Shown here: positions 37,183 to 49,065 of the stretch, one piece after another
Layout of the letters: every line of letters starts with the position of its first letter
Position numbering within the stretch: position 1 is the first letter of the stretch
Origin: Haliotis cracherodii
Lineage: Eukaryota
Length of the DNA: 64,000 nt
Reading direction: 5' to 3'
NCBI RefSeq assembly: GCF_022045235.1
Contig: NW_027266264.1
Span: forward strand, 67,518,001-67,582,000
Program-made: the position numbers and the translations under genes
The notes under the pieces: model-generated
What the model was told of the DNA's origin: nothing
Seen by the model: the letters and a program-made list of their open reading frames with translations, nothing else
Database searches by the model: none

Positions 37183-37857
37183 GGTCTTGCTCTTGGGTTT
37201 TAGCCCAAAACTCTCTACCAACATCTAAAACAGCATAGCTTTCTATAGCTTCTTCAGGGCCATGAAGTAGTACAGGAATAACCTTCAACATTATACTGTG
37301 AGGGCGTGTTGGCTGATCAAGGTATAGTGACCTTGTGACCCAGTGAGACAGCGATTGGAATCAGAATTTTTCGTTTAACCTACCTTACTCAAATGTCTAG
37401 GGCTGTGAACAGAAGTTGTTTCATCCATATCAACTTGTGCCATCTTGATGAAATCGGACTACTTTGATAACCGAGTCTGACATGTTTAGGCTGTTCTTGG
37501 TTACTTGTGTTTGGAGAACTTCTTGTCAGGAATTGATTGAATGATTTTGAAACAGGAAATTCTCACTCATTGAAATGAGTGTGTCAAATCTCACTGATGT
37601 GTCTGAAGAAATATCATGGTTGAAGGGTCAAGTTATGGTCAAATTATTTCAGTTCATATTCTTGATGAGTAAGGAGAGACATTCCTAATCATGTGCGGTG
37701 CTGTGGTAGGATGTTGGCAGTATCAGGCAACCACTGAGATGGATGTTGAACAGAACTAAGTGACAAGGTGAGTTTCAGACTTCATTTATTTGATGATTAA
37801 AAGGTATGAGACTCAGTTGTAGGCAGACTGTTCCAAACAACTGTCTTAAAAACTATA

Positions 37858-38195
37858 AGACCTCCATGGTCTAGTGGATAGAGCGTCTCCCTGGAGAGTG
37901 GATGGTTGGGGCTTCGAACCCATGCTGTGTCATACCAAAAGATGTTAAAAGATGGTCCTTATTGTTACCCTGTCTGGCGCTTGTCATTAAGGGGCTAAAA
38001 CAAGGACTGGTGGGCTTGGAGTCAGTATACTGTGTCTAGGTGGGGTATTCATGTTAAAACCTGCTTCATGGTATCTCAGTGGGCTAGCACTTTAAAATCG
38101 GCATTAATCTGGACTTGTACAAGCGCACGCACGCATACGTGTCACTATGTAAGTGCAAAATATGAGCGCGACGTTAAACCCCATTTTACCTCACT
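37858..38195 (+). mobile_element. Family-B SINE (duplicated at 46421-46760)
   Basis: A/B boxes and body as 52288-52640; same flanks in both copies. Confidence 0.85.
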
Positions 38196-39499
38196 GCACC
38201 TAATTAATTGTTCCTGTGTGCATGCAATCTGTATGTGTACAGGTACCCTTGCTGTGATGCACACTGCATCTGTCTCCGCGCTTGTCAGGGTGAGTGTCTG
38301 CACGCTCGGCCACTGCAGCAGCATACACGATGAAGATTACAGACCTCTAGGACGCTGCTATGGTGCACAACACCATCATATATTCATAGGCAAGTAATTA
38401 TATCAACATAGTAATATAGCAAATTATCAATTGGGGCAAGGATATCTGTACAAAGTCCAGCAGTCGTCGTTCAGTGTCATTGTATTATGTGTTAGAGAAT
38501 GAGTGATCCAACTATTTCATTCTCTACTGATCTAATGGCACACTCTCCGGGGTAGAATAGGTCTTCAGCAACCCATGTGTGGATGCAAGACAACAAAACT
38601 AACACTCGCATCAACAGGGTTTATTTTGTGACGTTTAACATAATACAGTTTATAGTCAGAGCCATGGCTTTAGGAACAATTGGTGACAAGTTGAAGAGCC
38701 GACAAGTTGATGAAGTTCCGAAAACTACAATAAACAATAGCTTTCTGTAAATTCAGAAACATTTACCAATTTTACTGCAATTTAACACATTAGAAATTAC
38801 ATCCAAATGAAGCAATAAATTGACTACATTGAAATAATGCAAAATTACCAAGCAAACATTTGCAAATATAATGTAACAGTTGTGTGAAATATCTAAACAA
38901 TTTTGCACTAAATTAATATTTTGGCATATATATAATTTCAGGGTGTTCAGAAATAAACATAAAACCTGACAATGAAAGGGAAAGGTACTCGAGTGTGTCT
39001 TTACATAGTTCAAATATAGCAGGCTGTAAGGTGAGAACCTGGCAGCATGGAGGTCCAATACACACTGGTGAGCATGTGCTTCGAAATGCATGAGCTTTGA
39101 AGAGGTTGCGACATGACCTGTGAGCTTTGACATTGCACATGAAGGTTTAGGTCACGAGGTAGTGGAAAGTTACTGAGAACATGTAAACATTGTATACATG
39201 TATCTTAGAATTGATACATATTACGTGGAAATTGAACTTTAGAACATTAGTGTAATAATAAAGTGTCTTAATCATTGGACCACCATGGATAATAAGTTAA
39301 ATGAATTGTAACAATTTTAACTTGTTTTCATGTCATTTCACTAACAGTTCATACTGTTGCCATGAAAGGTAACTCTGCTTGTTGTAAGAGCAACTAACGG
39401 GATCGGGTGATCAGGCTTGCTGTGTGGATCGATGATCATGATGTCAATCACTGGATTGTCTGGTCTAGACTTGATTACGGTCTACTCCAAAACCTAGGG

Positions 39500-39660
39500 G
39501 CTGGTGGGATAGCCTGGTGGTTAAAGTGTTGGCTTGTCACACCGAAGATGCGGGTTCAATTCCCCACATGGGTACAATGTGTGAATCCCATTTCTGGTGT
39601 CCCCCGCCGTGATATTGCTGAAAATTGCTAAAAAGAGGCGTAAAATACAACTGACTTACT
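39500..39660 (+). mobile_element. Family-C SINE (paralogs at 48105-48265 and 51040-51195)
   Basis: GGATAGCCTGGTGGTTAAAG..GGTTCAATTCCC..CATGGGTACAATGTGTGAA.. Confidence 0.8.
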
Positions 39661-40204
39661 ACTTCTAAACCAGCATAAGAAATTTATTTAAATATATATA
39701 AAGCGTACATAGATCAAGCATTAATGGTTTGGAATTTTAGTATAGTTTGGGAATTCAAAGCCACACTGATAAAAGTTTAGTGTTTCTAGCTGTGAGGGTA
39801 CACATAGATTTCTGCCATGTTTCAAATTCAGTCTGCATTTGTCATATTAATTTTGAAAATCTATTTTGGCCTGTCACGAGAATGGATATATACAGATGTG
39901 GTTGAGCCATGCTGCTCTGGATGTATTCATTTGATACCTTCTAAACAAGCCTAGGATTCTTCAAAGTAGGAGTATAGACAGTATGTTGTTAATTTAAGAA
40001 TTTATTCAATAACTTCCATTACATGCCGATCACTTCACATGTGTGTGCCACCCTCTTTGAAGTTTTGTTGCGTAGTGAATGGACAAATATCAATTAAATG
40101 TAGGCACCAACATGACAGCTGTTCAAGTGAGATTTAGAGTAGAAACTGTAGATATTATACATAAAAATTTATTCCTATAGTGTTAATGATTGGTTTATAC
40201 CTTC

Positions 40205-43200
40205 TGTAAAGTAGGGTCAAATAGGTATCAAAAGGAATCACACGCCTCATGGAAGTTGCCATTTATTCGTCTAAAAATGGGATTTACAAAAACTTGGAAT
40301 CAGCAGGAATCAGGTAATCACAAAATGGAATAGGAATCTAGGCGCTTCAAACACTGGAACAAAATTTGGGGGTGGCTGTGAGAAAAATTTGAGGTGCGAA
40401 GTCACTTGACATTGACTATTGCGCGATACATCAGTAAACACAAACAATCAATTATTGTCAAGGTTTGGAAGTTTGACTAGTCTTGACACGGGTCTGGTGT
40501 ATTCCTTATTATCAACCCGAACTTTTGCAGTTCGAACTCTACCATCCGAGCTCACACAGGTCACAACTACACGACCAACCAACCGTTGAGCCCGAATCTG
40601 CTGAGGGTCAATGATTAGCACCACATCATCACCACACAAGTTTTGAGTTCATTATGGCTTCAACTTCTATAAGAACAGTTCGCAGGACTGGCTCAGCCAC
40701 TGACTGATCTTCAAGGACAACTCTAAGGCCATGTATAATAGACTTTATTTCACTCTCCCAGCAGCCACCAAAGTGAGGTGCATAAGGTGGATTATACTTG
40801 AAGCGTATCTTCTGCTTGGTCAACTGCTGGGCGATCTCAGGGCTCATTGAGGTAAATGCTTCAGTCAACTCAAGGTCACCATCCTTGAAATTGGTACCAC
40901 AGTCTGAAAGTATTTCATAGGGTTTCCCTCTGCGGGCTATAAATCGTCTCAAAGACATGAGGAAAGCATCACTGTCCATACTCTCGAGCAGATCCAGGTG
41001 AACTGCCCTGTTTGTGAGACACTTGAAGACTATTCCCCATCGCTTTCCTCTTCTGCAGCCAATCTTGACCCACACTGGTCCAAACCAATCCACACCAGTC
41101 GAGTAGAATGCGGGTTTGTAAAGTCGAAGGCGTGATGGGGGGAGATCTGCCATCTGGGGTATCTGAGGAGATGCACATGATCTCTGACATGCTGTACAAA
41201 GTCTCTGATGGCGTCTGATTGCTTCCCATCCCCTCAGTATCCATAACTTTCATCGAACTTCTGCGAAGTAGCATTCTGGTCCATAATGGTGCAAGATTTC
41301 ATCAAAGTCCTTGATGATGAGTCTTGTTATGGGATGTTTAGGGTGGAGGATTTTAGGGTGTTTGACATTGTCTGGGAGTCCCTCAGCCTGTCTGAGTCGA
41401 CCATCAACTCCTACCATGCCATCAGATGGGTCATATTTTGGATTGTGTTCTATAAGTCTGCTTGTACGGGTTATTTCTTTGCCTTCTCTGAATGATGCAA
41501 TTCCATCAGGAAAGCATTCCAGCTGAATTTGTTGAAACAACAGTGTTTCAGCTTTCTCTATGAGTTCAACTTCATCAAATTGATAACTTATGGCCGCCCC
41601 GTCAAGGCCGTCCATGGTAGCCTTGACTAGTGATTCCCAGTTATTGTACTGAGAACAATCATGAAGGTTCACAGCTGAGATATTGCCACAGAAACTTTTC
41701 TTCAGTTCATCTGCTACCTCAGCAGCATCAGGTATATCACATTTGTCTATTAGTGTCGGACGTTTCTCAGAGGATTCTAAAAGGAAAAGAGGACTGTTCC
41801 TATATTGGGAGGCAACACACAGTTCCTGCAAGGTTAAACCTCCTGTGACAACATCGGCTGGGTTATCCATGTGTTCACATAACGCCAGCTGTCTGCAGGA
41901 GTCAGGGATTGTATCTCAGAGACCTGAGTCCCAACAAATACCTTGTACCGACAGAACTCTGACTGAAGCCATGTCAAGACAGTTGTTGAGTCACTCCACA
42001 ATATGGTATCTTGGATTGTTATGCTCAGTTCTTTGTGAAGTTTATTGGCTAACTGTGCACCAGTAAGGGCAGCAGAGAGTTCTAGTCTGGGCATTGAGAT
42101 CAGCTTCTCAGGAGCCACTCTACTTTTTGCAGCCACAAAACAGACAGCTATGTCACCATTACTCTCTGCACTTCTCAAATAGGCAACTGAACCATAGGCA
42201 CGCTCCGAAGCATCACAGAATATGTGCAGTTGTTTCTGTGACTGAGAAGGATCATGGTTTCTAGATGTGTAGCATCGTAGTAGACACACTTGAGGGATAT
42301 CACACCGTTCAGATTCTCACTTACACCACTAATCATCAAGTTTTCCAGTTTCTATCACAGCGTCCCATTCATGTTTTGATCTCCTTAGGTCCTGCACCAA
42401 GATTCTGGCTCTTGACGTGAACAGTGTCAAGTAGCCGATAGGATCATACTAAGTAAGGATAAGAATTTATGGATGAACAACTTCTTTATTACAATTAAGA
42501 GCGACGTTTCTGTGTTAAGTGCTTGCTTGATAACGGTGTTAGAACCTACACCGAAACGTCGCTCTTAATTGTAATAAAGAAGTTGTTCATCCATAAATTC
42601 TTATCCTTACTTAGTACTCCAACTTCTAAAATGCCTATCAAAGAAGGATCATACTATGTGGCAAGGATCTTATACACAACTTTCATTGTCAGTTTATCAT
42701 ACGTAACTGGTCGATACTGGTAGCTATGTTCGTCAGTATTACATTTCCAGTGCAATACAAGAGCAGGTTCTTGCTTATCATCATGTCCAAGACTTGCCCA
42801 CAGCTCGAAGGTATCTGACTTGGTCTCTGCAGGCAAGTCTTCTAGTATCTCAGGTACATTGCAAGCCCACTGACAGATGTCAAAACCACCTTCAGCAAGC
42901 ACCTTTCTCAGATTTGTAACTTGTTTCTTTGCTTGGCCAGGATTCATCCGACTATCCAGGCAGTTGTCTTCGTAGAAAGCCTCATCAACACACCTTATAA
43001 CTTCAAGGTTCCGCCGCTGATCATCAATTGCTTCAGTAGGGCAATGGTCGCTCAACATTGACTGCAAGTAGTCCTGAAGGTCAGTACCTGCCATTCGTAG
43101 ACATCTGGATCCACATTATTGTTCAAATTGCGCCACAGGAATCTGAGGATGGGTTTGTCTTCAGGTTGGAGTCGAATCTGGTGGAACATACCCTTTATAT

Positions 43201-46200
43201 CACCTGATATTCCAACTGGGTATTGTTGAAATCTCAAGAACACGCCTAGGAGGGAGGATCCAAGGGTAGGACCCAGTAGAAGCTGGCTATTGAGATCTTG
43301 GCCCTTGTACTCGTAAGAGCAACTGAAGACAAAACGATGCTCCCCATTGTGTTCAACAAGGTGATGGGGGATAAACCATGATTCATTGGTTAACCTTGCC
43401 TGTTCGTCACTTATGATTAGCACAAACCTGCATCAACTAGTCTCTGAATCTGATCATTGTGGATCTTTGCAACCTCTTGGTGATTCTGATGGTGTTTCTC
43501 AGTTCATCACAGGTTCCACATCACAGCTTCCTTTCCTGCCTGTAACTTAATATGGTCTGATTTTCGAAGGAGTTGTGTTGCTTAGTGTTTACCATCGCTA
43601 ACTTTCACTCTCACTGTTTTAGCTTCAAGTTTGGATATAGCCTCTTGATCCTGTTTGGAACAAGTTACTTTTCTCTCTTTGAAAGGCAAAATGTTAACTT
43701 GCCATAGTCTTTCAACATTGTTCATCACCTGATCTGGACTGGAAACTGCCGTGAAATGGCGTTGGATGTCTTTGGGATTCATGGATAGCTGACTTGGTCC
43801 CTGGAGGGCCCAGTCCAGCTTGGTATGCACTGCCACTAGAGCTCGTTCCGGATCAAACATGATTTGTTGGGTTGGCAATATGAGATCTGCATGATCAGAA
43901 CCCAAGAGAATAGTAGTGATAGCTTTGTCGCTCATTGGCAAAGGTGTATATCTCAAATGAAGGTAGTGCCTCTTGAGGGCTTCCACTGGATACGAGTACT
44001 CTGACAAGGATAGCTGCTCTGAGGCGAAGGCATTGGAAATCGGGAATCTAACATTGGGTCTGACTCTGGATGAGATCAGAAGGTTCACGCTGTGACCTTG
44101 GCAGTTAAAAGGTCCTTCACGAATTGTCGTGAGCATGATATTATCTGGTATCTTCCAAAGGTACAACTGCTTCACCACAGAAGTCAGTATCATTGTCCTC
44201 ATCGAACCAACATCTAAAACAGCATAGCTATCAATGGCTCCTTCAAGGCCATGAAGTAGTACAGGAATTACCTTCAACATTATACTGTGAGGGCCTGTTG
44301 GCTGATGTAGGTATAGTGACTGTTCCTTCAGGACTATTGAATGGATCTGAGCTCCCCCTTTCCCGGTGGCATCATGCAGGATTGTCCAATGTAGTTTCCG
44401 ACAAGATAGACAGGCCTTCATCAGGTTACACTGTGCCATCTTGTGTGCCGACCACATCGCCAACAACGCCTCTTATCCTTTATCCAGGCTATAACTTCTT
44501 CTGTTGACAGTTTCTTGAAGTCGACACAGTTGCTGACATGATGTTCACCACTGTTGCAGTATGCACAAAACCCTGTGATACCTGCAAATGTCTTAGGTTT
44601 AGCAGCCTGTGTTGAAGGTTTGGACTGTTCGATGTTGGTTGAGAATACTGCAGTTGGAGGATTTCGCTTCGTGGAGGGTGAGAATTATCCTTTGTTGATC
44701 TGTTTGAGTTTCAGGTCTGTACACAGCAACAGCTTGGTGTGCGATTCTTGTCGCCAGTGCTTTCATTCTCAACCAGTCGGAGAAGTGAACAAGGGTGTAT
44801 GTCTGATCTTTATCAGTACTGAGGATGTTCTTGAGTGTCCATATTTGTCTCTGGTAAATGGATTCACATCTTATAGGTAGGCTTCTGCTAGCCTCCTTGC
44901 TGAGCCTTCTAGTCGGCCAATAAGTAACTGATACTTGTATGGCTCGGAAAGGTAGGGGTGAACATTGACTGGGCTCTATATCGCCAATTTAAGAATGACA
45001 TGGTCTCTTTCTCTACCGGAAGAAAATATGGACAATGTTGGTTTAGGAATACCATATGATGAAGCAATTATCAGTTCAGTCATTTCAGGCATAGTGTGTA
45101 TCATAGGAGATGGATACCTTTTACATTGGTTTATCACATGAGTTACAGCCTCTTGTTGGGACACAGGGTTGACTGTAGGATAAGTGTTCTGGGGATCAAC
45201 TGTTGCGAGTTCAGGTACAGATCCTGGACGAAGGGGGCTCTGGTCTACACAAGACTCACTGACCGGTTACCCATGAGTAGATTTCTGGTACCTTGTAGTG
45301 TTACCTTGTATTTTGGGGGCTTCAGTGTTATCACTATTTGTAACATTTGCAGTGAAGTCATTGGAAAAAGGCTCAAATTCTGGAGCATGAGGATTCAGTT
45401 TCTTTGGTGACTTGGATTCAGGTGGTTCATCATTCTCTGACAGCATAGATTCAAGTAGCTTGGCTTCATGTAATTCTCTTTCCAATTTCCGAATCTTCCT
45501 TACTTGTTGTAATTCAGCATGCATTCTCTCTCGCCTTTGGGTTGCCTTTCGTTCAACCATCTGCGCCCGAATATGTGCTGTGCGTATTTCTTCTTCGGCT
45601 CTATGTTGGGCTTCAATCACCTCATCTTCTAGTATGCTTAAGACTTCATCTGCCTCCTGTTCCTCATGGCAAAGTTCATTAAGTTGGGCTTGCTCCTTCA
45701 TATATGCAAGTTTGGCAGCCTGATGATCTGACAGCTTACTGGCAGCTGATATGTGACTACGAACCGAATGCCGGCTTTTATGACTGAGACGTGACTGGTT
45801 GGAATCTTCATCAGAACGTCTGCTGTGTTCACCTGAGTGTTCACCTGGTCGTCTATTTTCTGATCTAGATGTGTGACTTTATGAGAATGCACTGAATGTC
45901 TCTTAGATTTTCTATCCAAATTATGTGCATCAGAATGACATGACACTGAGCGATTGGAATCAGAATTGTTCGTTTAACCAACCTTATTCAAATGTCTATG
46001 GCTCTGATCGGAATTTGTTTCATTTGTTTAGGCTGTTGTTCTTGGCTACTTGTGTTTGGAGAACGTCCCTTGTCAGGAATTGATTGAATAATTTTGAAAC
46101 AGGAAATTCTCACTCGTTGAAATGAGTGTGTCAAATCTCACTGGTGTGTCTGAAGAAATATCATATTAAATTTGGTTGAAGGGTCACGTTATGGTCAATT

Positions 46201-46410
46201 TACTTCAGTTCATATTCTTGATACACACAGTTAAAGACAGATATTCCTAATCATGTGCGGTGCTGTGGTAGGATGTTGGCAGTATCAGGCAACCACTGAG
46301 ATGGATGTTGAACAGAACTAAGTGACAAGGTGAGTTTCAGACTTCATTTATTTGATGATTAAAAGGTATGAGACTCAGTTGTAGGCAGACTGTTCCAAAC
46401 AACTGTCTTA
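40205..46410 (-). mobile_element. BEL/Pao LTR retrotransposon copy 2 (gag-pol more complete, decayed)
   Basis: gag coiled coil and Cys/His knuckles (FCAYCNSGEHHVSNC, CLSCRKLHWTILH), protease YAVLDVGS, RT (WFIPHH, GDIKGMFHQI, LRFLWR, YDPIG), RNase H, integrase; 3' LTR from 40205; no 5' LTR seen. Confidence 0.95.
42452..42644 (+). mobile_element. Solo Penelope pLTR with inverted 5' duplication and variant hammerhead
   Basis: 12-bp TSD AGGATCATACTA (42440-51, 42645-56); ~64-bp inverted repeat; TTGATAA-C-GGTGT..ACACC-GAAAC-GTC core; AATAAA. Confidence 0.85.
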
Positions 46411-46420
46411 AAAACTATAA

Positions 46421-46760
46421 GACCTCCATGGTCTAGTGGATAGAGCGTCTCACTGGAGAGCGGATGGTTGGGGCTTCGAACCCCAGCTGTGTCATACCAA
46501 AAGACGTTAAAAGATGGCCCTTATTGTTACCCTGTCTGGCGCTTGGCATAAAGGGGCTAAAACAAGGACTGGTGGGCTCGGAGTCAGTATACTGTGTCTA
46601 GGTGGGGTATTCATGTTAAAACCTACTTCATGGTATATCAGTGGGCTAGCACTTTAAAATCGGCATTAGTCCAGACTTGTACAAGGGCACGCACACATAC
46701 GTGTCACTATATATAAGTGCAATAGTCTTGAACACGACGTTAAACCCCATTTCACCTCGC
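46421..46760 (+). mobile_element. Family-B SINE
   Basis: Paralog of 37858-38195. Confidence 0.85.
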
Positions 46761-48589
46761 CTAATTGATTGTTCCTGTGTGCATGCAATGCCATTTGATC
46801 ACAATCTGCATGTGTACAGGTACCCTTGCCGTGATGCACGCTGCAACTGTCTCCGCGCTTGTCAGGGTGAGTGTCTGCACGCTCGGCCACTGCAGCTTCA
46901 TACACAATGAAGATTACAGACCTCTAGGACGCTGCTATGGTGCACTGCACCATCATATATCCATAGGGAAGTAATTATATCAACATAGTAATATAGCAAA
47001 TTATCCATTGGGGCAAGAATATCTGTTCAAACGTTTTCATTAGATCTCATTGAGCCAGTCAGCATGGATTGGCAATTATGATGTTTTGTAATTCCATTAT
47101 CCCATTGTTTTTATTATTTGCGAAGCGTCCCATATCAATGCCATGTCATATCAACGTATTGTTTGCATATAATTAATGACTTCATCCATTGTTTATGACA
47201 AGTAGGTTCTCAAAAATTTTCTTCATCATTTTTCACAGAAAATATTGAAAATCATGTATTTGAACTGGACTGGAGTCTTCCCAGTAGCCATGCCGCTCCC
47301 ACCTGTGTGATTGTCACACTGAAGACATAACGACAATCAGTATAATTATAGTCAGCATGTTTTAGTTACGAAGGACAATGACGACATTGATGTGAAGTGA
47401 TACAGTTAACTACGTCTTCAATTCAAGTCCCTCATCCTTGATCAGTTGTAATGTCCTTGCAAAGTCAGCTTCCTTGCTTTATTTCCGCTGGGCAAAGTCC
47501 AGCAGTCGTCGTTCAGTGTCATTGCATTATGTGTTAGAGAATTAGTGACCCAACTATTTCATTCTCTAGTGATCTAATGGCACACTCTCCGGGGTAGAAT
47601 AGGTCTTCAGCAACCCATGCTTGCCGTGAAAGGTGGCTATGCTTGTCGTAAGAGAGACTGACGGGATCGGGTGATCAGGCTTGCTGTGTGGATCGATGAT
47701 CATGATGTCAATCACTGGATTGTCTGGTCTAGACTCGATTATTTACAGACCATCGCCTGAGTGCAACAAACAAACTAATGGCACACTCATACCATGTATT
47801 GACTTGATGTTTGTTATCTCCTACATGTTCACTACCATTGTGATAGCTAATGTTCAATGCTTTATTTTGATACTTTCATCATCAGTGTGGACATGGTAGT
47901 TTGATATTCGTGTTTTCCTGGTGTTTAGAAACACACATTGGTTAAGCGCCTCAGACTATTGTATTCCCCGGCAGTCCAGGAGAGACTGACCTCTACATGA
48001 GTGGGTTAAATTGGACTCCAATCACCATCACCACATAGCAACCAAACTCTGCTTAAGAAAATGTATCTTCCATGCTGTGTTACTGTCTACTCCAAAACCT
48101 AGGGGCTGGTGGGATAGCTTGGTGGTTAAAGTGTTGGCCTGTCACACCGAAGATGCGGGTTCGATTCCCGACATGGGTACAATGTGTGAATCCCATTTCT
48201 GGTGTCCCCCCCGCCGTGATATTGCTGAAAATTGCTAAAAAGAGGCGTAAAATACAACTCACTTACTACTTCTAAATTGGCCTAAGAAATTTATTTAAAT
48301 ATATATAAAGCGTACATAGATCGAGTGTTAATGGTTTGGAATTACAGTATATTTTGGGAATTCAAAGCCACAATGATAAAAGTTTAGTGTTTCTAGCTGT
48401 GAGGGTACACATAGATTTCTGCCATGTTCCAAATTCAGTCTGCATTTGTCATATTAATTTTGAAAATCTATTTCGGCCTGTCACGAGAATGGATATATAC
48501 AGATGTGGTTGAGCCATGCTGCTCTGGATGTATTCATTTGATACCTTCTAAACAAGCCTAGGATTCTTCAAAGTAGGAGTATAGACAGT

Positions 48590-49065
48590 ATTTTGTTAAT
48601 TTAAGAATTTATTCAATAACTTCCATTACATGCCGATCAATTCACATGTGTGTGAGACCCTCTTTGAAGTTTTGTTGGGTAGTAGACGGACGAAACAATG
48701 AAATGTAGGCACCAACATGACAGCTGTTCAAGTGAGATATAGACTAGAAACTATACATATTATGCATTATAAAAATCATACCTATAGAACAAATTATTAG
48801 TTTATATCTTCAGTTTTACTTACTGCATGCTGAGAGGTAACACCAGGTTGACGTGGTCCCCGATGGTGGTGGCTTAGGCAGTGGCTGGGTTCTGAGGCTA
48901 GTGTTAACCGACGCTGGTGATGACAGTCTGGTTGCAACAGAGACTAAGGCAAGTGACAACTGAGGCTGGCAACAACTGAGGCTGGTGGCAAATAAGGCTG
49001 TGGCAACTGAGGCAGGTGGCTGCTGACAACTGAGGCTGGCAACAACTGAGGCTGGCGGCAACATG
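48590..49065 (-). repeat. Inverted paralog of the distal end of the 16-bp minisatellite unit and following intron-like segment
   Basis: Reverse complement of ~22990-23455. Confidence 0.85.

Larger units (their letters stand above)
29017..37216 (-). mobile_element. Penelope-like element (Neptune-like) insertion containing a YR retroelement
   Basis: 16-bp TSD ACCAACATCTAAAACA (29001-29016, 37217-37232), single copy in BEL copy 2 (~44206); PLE RT, GIY-YIG and hammerhead. Confidence 0.92.
25347..37850 (-). mobile_element. BEL/Pao LTR retrotransposon copy 1 (decayed; internal deletions; nested SINE and 8.2-kb PLE/YR insert)
   Basis: Protease, partial RT, Pao RNase H (LHIFCDASE..., PRLELSAA, WSDSTTVL, DNPADD), integrase (DCFGP, SDCGTNF, APHFGGCWE), DUF5641-like tail (W..GRV...DGRLRTAKV...RPVSRL), PPT and 3' LTR. 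Confidence 0.95.

Noticed and set aside
38753-39190. Unique segment between duplicated blocks with short ORFs
   Set aside because: No motif, terminal repeat or TSD identified
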